38,282 nt of DNA from Nemertoderma westbladi (Eukaryota > Animalia > Xenacoelomorpha). Of the stretch, positions 25,541-37,168 are shown piece after piece. The stretch is taken from positions 1 to 38,282 of the forward strand of contig JAUCBJ010009122.1 in assembly GCA_032718475.1 (NCBI GenBank), written 5' to 3'. Both the position numbers and the translations under genes were made by a program. How positions within the stretch are numbered: position 1 is the stretch's first letter; each line of letters opens with the position of its first letter. Below the pieces are notes generated by a model, which saw only the letters and a list, made by a program, of their open reading frames with translations, searched no databases and had not been told where the DNA came from.

Positions 25541-25734
25541 AAATGCTACACTCATCAACAAACAAAATTCATATGAGTAAATCAATAATATCTAATTATT
25601 GAAATTATATTGTGTTTGTTTCCGAAATTATATAGAAGGGAACTTTACAAGCATTACTGTAATTCTAATTGATGAGTTTATCCTCTAATCACAGTGGTCT
25701 TAACTTGGTTTTTGGCAAAGTTTGGACCCCGTTC

Positions 25735-26241
25735 ACGAAAACAAGTTTTTGAGCTTAGTTGGTCCCCTAATGTAGAAATTGACAAAAATTGAAATATTTC
25801 ATGGGTGGCTTTCTAAATTAATACTATTTAAGTAATTATTTAATACTAATCATATTACTAAATTTCAACACTTACTCCCCCAAACATATTGACAGGTTTA
25901 TTTTGCTCCATTGGTGTCACATTTTACATAACATAAAAAATTTTAAAATTTCATGGGTGGCTTTTGATATAAATGCAATTTAATTATTTATTTAATACTA
26001 AATATTATTACCTTTAACAAAGGATGTTACCCCATTCATAAAAACAAGTTTCTTGCTCTAATCATGTCTCGATTAATTAAATATAAAAAATTAGAAAGTT
26101 TCATTGGTGGCTTTTAATATAAATTATATTTAATTATTTATTTTATACTAAATATTATTACCTTTAACAAAGGATGTTTGTTACTCTATCCCATACATGA
26201 AAACAAGTTTTTTGGCTCCAAGCATGTCTTGATGAATAAAT
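25735..26241. repeat. Diverged ~150-bp AT-rich tandem repeat (~3.5 copies)
   Basis: TTTCAT(G/T)GGTGGCTTT at ~25797, ~25949 and ~26099. AAAACAAGTTT at ~25738, ~26041 and ~26200. The last copy is cut by the next element. Confidence 0.8.
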
Positions 26242-27847
26242 TGTGACGGGATCAGAGATCTAGACTGGGTAAGATTTAGTACGCGTCAACTTCTGCTGGG
26301 CTGCTGAGCTGTCCTTTTGGCTGAAGGCCGTTGGGGAAAAATAACAGAGTTTGTGTTTCTCGATGTTAATGTTCCAAATGATAATAGCACAGAATCAGTT
26401 ACAGTATGTGATTGAAATCGCAATACAGAATAACAACAGCAAATATATAATTGATGTTTGATGACGGTCAAAAACTATAACCGGTCTGCAACTCTGTGAT
26501 TAATGAACTGACCGGTAAATCACTAATACAGAATAACTATATGATTGATGCACATAGATATTGGTTTCACCTCTACTCAACTTGGCCTTCTCTACCCAAT
26601 GGATGCTTTCCTATCTCTGCCCACGTGCTCCCCTGCCCGCTATTGACTTATATACTAATTGTCACTCCCTGTGAGTGTTTCCCCCTGCTGCTAGCCTTGA
26701 CTAGCTGTGTTCTCCCTCCGAGTTGGTTTGACCTCTCTCTGTGGCTTTAGGGCCTGTATCGCCTCCCCCCCCCCCCCCCCCCCCCCCCAAGTTGGTTATG
26801 TTGCACCAAGGTATCTGATGTCTCTGTTTGAGACAATTGTGCTCACTCTCCACACAATTTTTCTTTACTTCTTTCTTTAATGCTGTTTGTTGGTGCCAAT
26901 GGAAAGCTGGCCATGCAAGGATTCCAAATATGTAACATAATATGAATTTCGTTGAAAAATTACTGAGATATGAGCGTTCAAATGTTGCATGGTTTTGCAC
27001 CGGCGGCGTGAGCTATTTTATTCTATTTAATAAATAAACCATATTCTGGAACATTTTTTAAACGTTTGAATAGCTACGTAATAGTATGATTAAATATGTA
27101 ATGCATTGCTGCCCAGCTACGTATTTGGATAAACAAAATATTCCAGATTATGATGTATTTATTAAATAGTGTAAGCGGATTCAATTCCCTTGCACTATCC
27201 ACCAGAAAATGGACTAGCGGCATTTTTCCAATATAGTTGGGGATACGAGATTACTAATAATAATCTCGCCTCATAACCAACTTTGGGGGGGGGGGGGGGC
27301 GAAACAAGCCCTAAAGCCACAGAGGGAGGTGAGAGGTCAAACCACCTCGGAGGAAGAACAGCTGGTAGAGGCTAGCAGCGGGGGGAAACACTCACAGGGA
27401 GTGCCAAAGTGACAATTAGTGTATTAGCCAATAGCGGGGGGGGGGGGGGGGGGGAAGCAAGTGATTAGAGATAGGAAAGCATCCACTGGGTACAGAGGGC
27501 CAAGTACAGTAAGAGGTGAAACCAATATCTGTGTATATCAATCATATATTATTCTGCATTACTGATTTACCGGTCAGTTCATTAGTTACACAGTTGCAGA
27601 CTGGTCATAGTTTATGACCGTCACCGCCACTAACATCAGCAATTAATCTGAGTATTTTCTGCTATTATATCTGTGTTGATATTCATTACTGATTTACCGA
27701 TTGTGCTATTATCGTTTGGAGCATTAATATTGAGAAACAGAAACTCTATTTTTCCCCGACGGCCTTTGGCCAAAGCGAACTAGTACAACCAGCAGAATGG
27801 TGACACGTACAAATCTAACCCGGTCGGGATTTTAGGATCCCGTCACA
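26242..27847. mobile_element. Long inverted-repeat (foldback-like) element, or two inverted copies of one repeat; arms 26242-26800 and 27272-27847
   Basis: Ends TGTGACGGGATC..GATCCCGTCACA. Arms align in reverse complement over ~560 bp, roughly 80% by eye, with a ~470-bp spacer. No clear TSD. Confidence 0.75.
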
Positions 27848-27879
27848 GTCATAAACTGCCAGCCTACCAACTAAACTGT

Positions 27880-28320
27880 GAATGCAAGAAAGATGGCGGA
27901 AGAAGGGATGCCCCGATTATCAGAAGGAGAGAGAACGCCGCCACGGACCCCGGACGACACCAACCAAACGATCCGTGAGGCCGCGACGAGACGGTATCGG
28001 CCTGCCACGCCGGATTCGCCAACAAGGGACGATCCGGCTACCCAAGCGGAGGGCAGCCGTCGACCATGAGAGAGAGACGAGTCAACGCACGACGACGACG
28101 GCGGTCGGAGTACCGAAGTCGCCGGCCAGCCACAGGCCGGCCCACCAGAACAGCGACAGTGGGGCCGCCGGTACGACACTGGACATGGAGAGGAGGAAGA
28201 GTTGATGAAGAGGACGTCGGGACGAGTGATCGGCTACGATGGGCCTACAACGCCACCAAGAAACTACTTAAAGAGACCAAGGAAGGGAGAAAGGTAGACC
28301 AGCGTAAACTATATCAGAGG
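27880..28320 (+). other. GC/CpG-rich coding-like fragment, probably from an unidentified transposon ORF
   Basis: Sharp GC rise. Broken frames MAEEGMPRLSEGERTPPRTP.. and ..RLRWAYNATKKLLKETKEGRKVDQRKLYQRL, ending at an (ATCT)n tract (~28324-28360). Confidence 0.4.
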
Positions 28321-28399
28321 CTGATCTATCTATCTATCCTTCTTTCTATCTATCTATCTAAAGCTCATCTATCCCATCATAGTAGACATGTACCGTACA

Positions 28400-29646
28400 A
28401 CAAGAGTCCCACAAGAAATGAAAACAAATAAGTTGGTGCCAGTTCCCAAGAAGGGCAACCTAACACTCTATGGTTCTTTTCGGGGAATCTCATTGATCTC
28501 GATTGCTGCAAAGATATACAATAGAATTCTATTAAATCGCATCAGGGATCCCATTGAGAGACTGCTCCGTGGAAATCAGAATGGGTTCCGTAAAGGTTGT
28601 GGGACCATGGAGCCCATTTTGGCACTTAGAAGGATAATTGAAGAGTTATAAAAAAAGAAAGACAGGCATCTGGCTGTTATCTTTGTTGACTTCTTCAAGG
28701 CCTTTGATTCAGTCTCTCGCTCACGTATGTTCAGCATACTTTCATTATATGGGATTCCTGATGAAATTATTGCAGCAATCAGATCAGTATACGATGGTTC
28801 GACAACATTTGTGTCTACTGTTGACGGTGACACAGAACCATTTGAAGAATTATGGGGTGTCCTCCAGGGAGACACACTTGCACCATTCTTGTTCATAATT
28901 GTTGTTGACTATGTTCTACGCATGTCCTTAGATCATCATAATGATGATGGGGTGATGATAACTCAACCTACTGGCTCCAGAAGTCGAGGAAATCCTACCA
29001 AGTACCTAACTGATCTAGACTTTGCTGATGACTTAGGAGTACTCTCAGAATCACTAGAGGGATCCCAACGGCTCCTCAGCTCATTAGAACATGCTGCTTC
29101 TAGTGTTGGTCTTTTTATTAACTCCAGAAAGACCAAAATGTTGACAGTTAACTTTGAAAGTCCTCAGCAAGTCTCTGATCGGATGAGCATAAGCTCAAAA
29201 GATGGTTTGCTTGAGCATGTGGATGACTTCTGTTACCTGGGATCATGGATCCGGAAGTCAGGTGAGGGCCTTCGAATATGTAAGCCTTGAATAGGCTTTC
29301 CAGGATTTGGAAGTCACCGAGAATTTATCGGAAACTTAAGGTCCGATTATTTAGAGCAGCAGTAGTTCCAGTACTCCTCTATGGGAGTCCATGTTGGGCT
29401 CTAACTGCTGAGGACACAAGAATGCTACGCTGGGTTCATTGTGTCAAGTTCAATGCACACATCTCCAACCAGACACTATATAACATTGGAGGTGTCTCAT
29501 TGGTTCCCCCAAGCTTGACACTAGAACAAAATCGCCTCCGCTTTGCAGGACATTGCTTTCGCCGTGAGGACCAGCCAGTGCATATTCTTGTACTTTGGCA
29601 GCCTCATGGAGTGAGTAAGCATGGTGGACAGCCCATGACTTTCTTA
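28400..29646 (+). mobile_element. Truncated, degenerate RTE-clade LINE (reverse transcriptase region)
   Basis: VPVPKKG, FRGISLISIAAKIYNRILLNRI, QNGFRKG, FVDFFKAFDSV, GVLQGDTLAPFLF, DLDFADDL, GLFINSRKTK, FCYLGS, VLLYGS, RLRFAGHC. One in-frame stop at 28649-28651 and a frameshift near 29288. Confidence 0.95.
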
Positions 29647-29796
29647 GTAGTTACGCAGAGAGTAGCGGGGGTGAGTCAACCCAACAGGAGCCTGCAAGGC
29701 CACGTAGTTACGCAGGGAATAGCGGGGGTGAGTCAACCCGACGGGAGCCTGCAAGGCCACACAGTCGCACAGGGAGAGGCGGGGGTGAGTAGACCC
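29647..29796. repeat. 57-bp minisatellite (2.6 copies)
   Basis: GTAGTTACGCAG..GCGGGGGTGAGTCAACCC..GCCTGCAAGGCCAC at 29647 and 29704, with a diverged partial copy at 29761. Confidence 0.85.
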
Positions 29797-29944
29797 AGCC
29801 GGAGTAGAGATAGTGCGTTGACTAGAGAGGGGCATAGAAGCGAAGTAGGAGGTAGCAAAGTAAGAGGTGGCGAATGGGGGGGGGGGGGCTACGGGCACCC
29901 CACCATGAGAGATTAGTGGCGAGAGGGGGGGGGGGGGGGGGGGG

Positions 29945-32144
29945 GAAATCCTGTTACCTTGACAACTATGAGAATTCCATCGTCGAAATGAATTGTACAG
30001 TAAATTTATGAAATTATGGAAACGTATCCGTATTGCGTGTTCCCATTGTTGCAAAATTAGGAAACTCTGTAATTATATTTTCCTTAAGCATAATTGCTTT
30101 TTTCTAGATTCGGCATTGAAGTGGAATAGTAGTTGGCCTGTAACCTAGGTAATAAGAAAATAATATCATCTATAATGTTTCTTCAGTTTCAATATGGTTA
30201 CTATAATTTTAAAAAGAAACCAATTCAGGATCAAGTACCTCACATGTTGCTATGTTCAGACCATAATTTTCCAGCCAATCATGTCATTTCTTGTTGCCAT
30301 GGCAACCAAAAATATTATTTAATATGTGAAAATTCCATAAGAAACATTTTATATGTTCTTCAGATGCATATCAATATGTTACATTGTCAACATTCATGAT
30401 CACAAGCGAAGTCATTATTCTGTTGTTACCATAGCAACGGGCATATTTTAGTATTTATGTAGTTATAGTAACGTATTTGGCATTTTATTGACATTGGAAG
30501 TTAATCATATTAAAGATTATTGAAAAAAATTGTGTGGAGTGTGTACAGTTATTTTAATTAACAAAGTCTTGAATTTTGACCATAGCAACGGGAGTTTTGA
30601 TCCTAATTCGGGAGTGACTTGTTAAAAATACTCAAAATTCGGTTTAATGTACATTTTAGTATTTTGAAGCATGAGATGCTGTAGAAAATTACCAAATTAT
30701 ATTCGAATGACCTTAATGTACTTAGCAACGAAAATTTCCTTAAATACTCAAAATTCGGTTTAATGTACATTTTAGTATTTTGAAGCATGAGATGCTGTAG
30801 AAAATTACCAAATTATATTCGAATGACCTTAATGTACTTAGCAACGAAAGTTTCCCTTAGCAACTGGGGTCTTTTTGTACCAACACCGCGTTATATTGTG
30901 ATAACATGTTTTTTATTGAGCTGTGAAGTTTAAATAACAGTAGTAAGTTCTCCTTGGCAACGTTGAATTGTGTATAGCAACAGCGAGTTACCTTAGCAAC
31001 GGGTAGTTTCACAAGGAGGAAACGATTTTTCAAATACTGTAATTACCAAGTTTTCTACATCAATGTTGAATCTTACTTATCAATGGCGAGTTATCCTCGG
31101 GGGGGGGAGGCTAAGTACATTAAGGTCATTCGAATATAATTTTGTAATTTTCTACAGCATCTCATGCTACAACATACTGAAATGTACATTAAACCGAATT
31201 TTGAGTATTTTTAACAAGTCACTCCCGAATTAGGATCAAAACTCCCGTTGCTATGGTCAAAATTCAAGACTTGTTAAATAAAATAACTGTAGCAGACTCC
31301 ACACAATTTTTTCAATAATCTTTAATATGATTAACTTCCAATGTCAATAAAATGCCAAATACGTTACTATCTACATAAATACTAAAATATGCCCGTTGCT
31401 ATGGTAACAACAGAATAATGACTACGCTTGTGATCATGAATGTTGACTATGTAACATATTGATATGCATCTGAAGAACATATAAAATGTTTCTTATGGAA
31501 TTTTCACATATTAAATAATATTTTTGGCTGCCATGGCAACAAGAAATGACATGATTGGCTGGCAAATTATGGTCTGAACATAGCAACAAGAGGTACTTGA
31601 TCCTGAATTGGTTTCTTTTTAAAATGATAGTAACCATATTGAAACTGAAGAAACATTATAGTGATATTACTTTCTTATTACCTAGGTTACAGGCCAACTA
31701 CTATTCCGCTTCAACGCCGAATCTAGAGAAAAACAATTATGCTTAAGGACTAATTACAGAGTTTCCTAATTTTGCAACAATGGGAACACGCAATACGGAT
31801 ACGTTTCCAAAATTTCATAAATTTACTGTACAATTAATTTCGACGATGTAATTCTCATAGTTGTCATGGTAACAGGGTTTCAAAAAGTGATAATATATCA
31901 AATAGTGATTTGGGTGGGGTAGGTCAAGGTTAGAATTCCGTATGATTATAGGAAATGGGTGATTTATGTATGACTTTCTGTTGCCATGGTGAAATTGTCT
32001 ATTTAACCAAGTTTCAACAACCCGATTTTGGCCGATTTTGGATATGTTGACAAGCATAAAATTTGGGCCTAGAAAATATTAAATAAAATTATGTTGCAAT
32101 TTCTCCGAGGTTGAGCCCTTTTTTCGCCTATTTTGACTGGACCA
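29945..32144. mobile_element. Rearranged non-autonomous DNA-transposon-like sequence forming a ~780-bp inverted repeat (29945-30725 vs 31110-31881)
   Basis: Arms are high-identity reverse complements, and the ORF track shows near-identical peptides at 30133(+) and 31434(-). There is a 116-bp tandem duplication at ~30626-30857 and the region is rich in GTTRCCWTRGYAAC motifs. A possible terminus ..TTTTGACTGGACCA lies at 32144. Confidence 0.75.
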
Positions 32145-32281
32145 TATACTGATTGTGCTGTATTACCAATACTCATATAACTGACATTACTAATAAGCAT
32201 AAACTATAAACTCAGTTATTATATCGAGCCTTTCAGTAACTAAGCAGACGCGGCGACGCGTATTCCCCATACGACTCGAAA

Positions 32282-32559
32282 CACACACCGGTCAGGATCC
32301 CTCGCCAACTCGGATCCCATCACAGACCGGTCAGGATCCCTCGCCAACTCGGATCCCATCACAGACCGGTCAGGATCCCTCGCCAACTCGGATCCCATCA
32401 CAGACCGGTCAGGATCCCTCGCCAACTCGGATCCCATCACAGACCGGTCAGGATCCCTCGCCAACTCGGATCCCATCACAGACCGGTCAGGATCCCTCGC
32501 CAACTCGGATCCCATCACACACCGGTCAGGATCCCTCGCCAACTCGGATCCCATCACAG
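32282..32559. repeat. 39-bp GC-rich minisatellite, 7 copies
   Basis: CACA(G/C)ACCGGTCAGGATCCCTCGCCAACTCGGATCCCAT head-to-tail without spacers. The first and last copies share the C variant. Confidence 0.97.
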
Positions 32560-32650
32560 CTGAAGTTTTACTAACATGCTTGTCGTTTACAGTGCTAATT
32601 CTGTGAGAGACCTAGATAAGCTATGTGTGTGATTTTAGTTTCATAGTAAC

Positions 32651-32865
32651 CTCTAGTGACTGTAAAGTGACGAGTTCGTGGGGTTCAGTCTTGTTGTCCC
32701 TGCCCAGGCAGGTGGAATTTTTCCAGGAGCCTATTTTATAAGGATTGACACCGTGGAAGGCCCATCCGTCTTCCCATAGGAAATGCCTGTTCATGCCAGC
32801 AGCGCCTACGAAGTTCCTAACTGATCGCAAGTATTGCCTCAGCATTGTCTCATTATCAAATAAAC
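32651..32865 (-). CDS. Candidate exon or pseudo-exon, weakly GH20 beta-hexosaminidase/chitobiase-like
   Basis: CAG acceptor at 32868-32866, then an open GC-richer frame GLFDNETMLRQYLRSVRNFVGAAGMNRHFLWEDGWAFHGVNPY..LE, and a possible (weak) GT donor at 32650. The Y..V..G..WEDG pattern is recalled from GH20 enzymes and not verified. Confidence 0.35.
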
Positions 32866-33198
32866 CTGATTTTATGACATCACGCTGATCGCTGATCAAG
32901 AATATGACACTCAAAAATATCGTACTATCCAACCAAATTCGATTTCTGCCTTTTGTAATAAATTTTATGCTACTTGTTTTTTTTCGTTCCACCAGACAAG
33001 CACAAAAAATGATAGTTTTTAACGAGTTGTATCGTGGTCAGCAGATTTGTGTAACACACAAACAATGTGTTTGTGTGTTATACGTTCTAGATTCAAAATA
33101 CTGCAGTTTCTAAGAGGTCTAATCATTTAAAGTGGCAATTTTTTTTAAATAAGGGTTGTATGATGATCCCTGTACTATTTAATTTTTTTTCCAAAAAA

Positions 33199-33417
33199 TG
33201 TTCTAGAACTAAAATATTTATCAATATTGATAGCAAACACGTGTTCTGTAACATTTATAAAAAAAAGTTGAAAAAACTAGCTAGTATAAAAAATAAAAAA
33301 TGTGTTCTAAAACAAAATTATGTGTTTTAGAACAAAAATATTTATCAAAATTGATAGCTAGCATATCTTCTATAACATTTATAAAGAAATAGCAAAAACT
33401 AGCTAGAATAAAAAATA
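33199..33417. repeat. Diverged ~123-bp AT-rich tandem duplication
   Basis: AAAATATTTATCAA(T/A)ATTGATAGC..TAACATTTATAAA..AAAAACTAGCTAG occurs twice. Confidence 0.75.
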
Positions 33418-33944
33418 TGCTCAATGGTGTACCTACCCAAGGTGTACCAATACCAACCCATAAAGCTGTGCAGTTTATTTCCAAGGGGGTCCTTCAATAA
33501 GTCAACACAATATATAAATCCGAATATTAGCAACACAACTTTTCAGTTTACCAATTCTATAACATGATGTCCTGTTCCAAATATAGATCTGGATGAACAT
33601 CGTACAGTGACAATGCTATTGGATGGGTGTGTGTAAAGATAGATGGTCCTCATTGCGCAGTCAGGCCAAAATAGCACTAGAACATCGTGTAAGAAGTAAA
33701 CACTACCGCGTCCGCGCTAACGTTAATAAGAATACCCGAGCGAGTAATAGATTTGAAATGCAACGAATATGTGTCCAGTGCTGATGGTGGTATAGTGATG
33801 CATTAGTGACGTCACTATTGCAGTTTTCTGAAACGGCCTGATTTTTCGTTGTTGCTAATTTTGCGTTTTAAAATCGCTGTAACTCAGCCAATGTTAACTT
33901 TTTTAAAGTAAAATGACTTATTCGCTGGGTTTTTTTCGCATGCT

Positions 33945-34341
33945 CTTGAAAATTTGAAGTATGCCTACTTGCCTAATTTTGGTGCACCAAAAATGACAAA
34001 CTACAATTGCATACTTATGCAATTAGAGTTCTCCATACGAATCAGAATCAATAAAAAAAGCCCCAACATAAATAATTACGAACTCGACAATGACCTTGTA
34101 AAATTCGAAAATTTCAAAACAATTTCTTCTGGTGACCAATTTTGAGGTGGCACCCACATCGAAAAGTAGAAATCTAATTGCAACGCCGTTTTTTTAAACA
34201 GATGCGCCATTAATTTTGACTAATTCTCGTAAAAAATTGGGCTGCTACATAATGTGGTTTCATAAATACAGCAATTAAGATCTAGGAAGGGGCCGATTCC
34301 CCCCCCCCCCCCCCCCCCCCCCCCAGTGGTAATAGTGGTAA
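33945..34341 (-). mobile_element. Terminal part of a piggyBac-like non-autonomous element (inverted copy of 37326-37725)
   Basis: The reverse complement aligns with 37326-37725 (ATTACCACTGGGn..GAATCGGCCCCTTCCTAG..TTTCTACTTTTCGATGTGGGTGCCACCTCAAAAT..GCACCAAAATTAGG). Confidence 0.65.
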
Positions 34342-34974
34342 GTCCCGTTTACATTTATGCGGCACTTGGATTTACGGTTTTAAGATAAGGGGATAATGGG
34401 ATAAGGGGATAAAAGGGTTTATGTTTTTTTAGCCTTCAATCAGCCTTCAAGGTAGCAGTGTGAATGGGGGTTTAGATTTCTTCAAACCAGATTTAAGCTA
34501 GATTCACGGCATTACGGGGTCTAAATGTGTTGTTTTTATGGGCTTTGGCGTGGTTAATAAATAATATTGTTTTGGACTGGCTAATATTTACATATTTCTT
34601 TTACGTTGTTTTTGTACGTTGTCCGGAATATTTGTTATTTACATCCAAATGTGTTTTTAATATAGATAATTAACTAACGAATTGTATAATTTATAATTAA
34701 TGATATTGTTGATATCAATATTATCTGTAATAATTTATATTTAATAAAGGGACGTTGGATGAACATAAATAAAAACAAGGCATTCTTCAGGAATATTCAA
34801 CAGAGATTATAATAGAATCATCAAAAATAGTGACTGTATGACGCAACATTAAATCAACCACAGAATATAGGCTGTCTATTTTCATATCTACAGTATATGG
34901 CTGTAGTCGAATGCTATATCGAATCTACAAAGGTCAGAATTACATTAAGGCTCTATCAATTTATTGATCCAGCC

Positions 34975-35215
34975 ATTCTTTGTAGCACGAGTTTATCTAT
35001 ATGAGTTGTTTAATTAGAAGAGTAATCCTATAAAGAGAGTGTGAACATGCCTTTAAAACTTTGTAATATCTCTTTTGCAGTAATAAGTTTGCATACCCAC
35101 AGTATTGCTTGACTTTATCTGCATATATTCTACAATTGATTAATGCTTTGAAGGGATTCATTGATGTTTGGAAACAGCATAGTTTTAAGTTGTAGTCACA
35201 CATAAGTCACACGTG
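34975..35215 (+). pseudogene. Possible highly degraded Gypsy RT-RNase H linker fragment
   Basis: Broken frames LYELF..ECEHAFKTL*YLFCSNKFAYPQY..YILQLINALKG..ISHT resemble the C..AF..LK..L.S...LAYP...FILQTDAS..G pattern. Confidence 0.3.
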
Positions 35216-35285
35216 CGGTCTACATTAAGACTTTGGTTGTCTGTAAAAATGGCACCATGAGATTAAAGGTTGAACGACCCTGGAA

Positions 35286-35331
35286 GGGCTCCAACCTATA
35301 ACCTACTACAAGTCAATTGAGCTACATCACC
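35286..35331 (-). mobile_element. Possible tRNA-derived SINE head remnant
   Basis: Minus strand GGTGATGTAGCTCAATTG (A-box-like)..GGTTGGAGCCC (one mismatch to B-box GGTTCGANNCC). The spacing is too short for an intact tRNA. Confidence 0.35.
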
Positions 35332-35939
35332 TTCTATATTTTATATATTGGTGTACAGTACTTTAGTTGATATGTCAAAAATACCTGAAGAAGGCTGGAA
35401 ATATCCCAAAGATGATTGTTTAAATTACATCCAACGTGCCGTTATTAATAGTTGTTTAAAATTGTTAAGTACCTGTGCAAGTCAGATTTGAGTCAGGAGC
35501 TTTTACATAACCATCTTTACAGTCGCATTCGTAACCATAAATAGTGTCTCTACAATCTGTGGTATCGAGGTTACATTCGTTGGAATTAGTATTGGCACAT
35601 TGATCAATATCTAAAAATGAATTAACTTGTATAATAATTTATCTGTTGTTGTTATATGTTAGGAAAATGTAAGATATTTGACATCTGACATTATTGAATT
35701 CAGTGACCACAAGGTTTAGATATACACCAATATAATAATTAACACCTGTGATTGATGAATAATATTAGTATTGGTGTTATAGCGAGTGATTTATTGTAGC
35801 TCGTGTAGTAGCCGTAGCCAAACTAGTGAAGCTACTACTAGACAATTATGGATTGGATGTTGATGTAATGAATTGGGGGTGGGGGCGGTAAGGTGAAGGG
35901 GATGGGGGTTATTCTTGAATTCTGAATTTGAAGTTATAT

Positions 35940-36102
35940 ACCTGCGCGAAGGCATGATTCAACAGCTCTTTTTCAGCATTTATCATGCTGCATGAAGGTC
36001 AGTGAACTGCTTTGACAGCTCTTTTATATATTTATCAAACTGCGCAAAGATCTGGAACAATTTTATCAGTTCTTTTCAGTATTTATCATGGTGCACAAAG
36101 GC
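35940..36102. repeat. Diverged ~50-bp tandem repeat (~3 copies)
   Basis: CAG(C/T)TCTTTT..ATTTATCA..TGC recurs three times. Confidence 0.65.
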
Positions 36103-36669
36103 CTCTCAATCTTGAATCTCAAGTTTCAAGGACTCTGGTGTGATGCATCCTAATGGTATGAGTCGATGATGTATGTATGGAAATTTATCTGTGACATGCT
36201 GATGACACCTCATATAGCTCTGTTTTTTGCTTTTTACTGTCGTTATAACAATTTTGGTCAGGAATCTGTAGTTGTCTCTGTATTCTCATTCAAAAGACAA
36301 AATCTGTAAAGCTCTACTACCGGTATCACTATCTTGATATTAATATCGGTGGCCTACAATCTGAAAGTTACTTTCTTAATCTCCTTTTGAAATCCTTAAT
36401 CATGTAAAGTTAACTTACTGTCTGTGCTGTTTGATGAAATTATTGGATCGCATATAAACCTATCAACTATATTGCTGTCACTTGGTTTGGGAAGAAACAT
36501 TCTAAATGCAAGCCTGTTTTCACTGTTCCTAGGCTGAAGATGGACATCAACATCTTTTGTTCCACTTTGTGTTACTTGTTTGCACTAAAATAACAATGAG
36601 ATTAAATAGTATAATTTATTAATAATAATTATTTACTGTGGCTCATTGCAGCCGCTTTGATTTGTGTAC

Positions 36670-37168
36670 TTCAAAAAAGTAGGTAATTCCAGTTAATTCA
36701 CTTTCAAAAATTACGTAATTCAAGTTAATTCATTTTCAAAAAGTAGGTAATCCAAGTTAATTCATTTGTCGCTCCTGGTGGGGGTTGTCTTTGGAGACGG
36801 GGCTGGTCTGTGTGGCGAGGGGCTGACAAACCAGTTCTAGACTACAGGTCGAACAGGGTGCATCGAATTAAACACTGTACTTACCCTATAAATGTATAAT
36901 ATTATTATTATTCAGAATAAGAAATTTGAATTTCGCGCTAACTTGATGTGCATTATATTTTTATACATACATTTGCTCTATTATTATATGGTTTCTATTA
37001 TATAACATTATTGAGAATAAATAAAAAATGTTAATTTATTTTCAAAAAGTAGGTATTGCATGTTAATTCATTTTCAAAAGGTAGGTAATGCATGTTAACT
37101 AATTTTCAAAATTAGGTAATCTAAGTTAATTATTTTTAAAAAAAATTAGCTAATTCATGTTAATTAAT
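36670..37168. repeat. ~30-bp minisatellite in two blocks (36670-36765 and ~37035-37168)
   Basis: Units like TTCAAAAAGTAGGTAAT(T/G)CA(A/T)GTTAATTCATT, split by ~270 bp of unrelated sequence. Confidence 0.75.

Noticed and set aside
30133-31746. Paired ORFs 30133(+), 31434(-), 31555(+), 30603(-)
   Set aside because: Mirror products of the inverted repeat with no protein-like features.
32282-32559. CRISPR-like array
   Set aside because: Repeats are contiguous with no unique spacers, there are no cas genes, and the context is eukaryotic.
34381-34417. GGGATAA repeats as telomeric sequence
   Set aside because: Only about four degenerate copies, and not TTAGGG or TTAGG.
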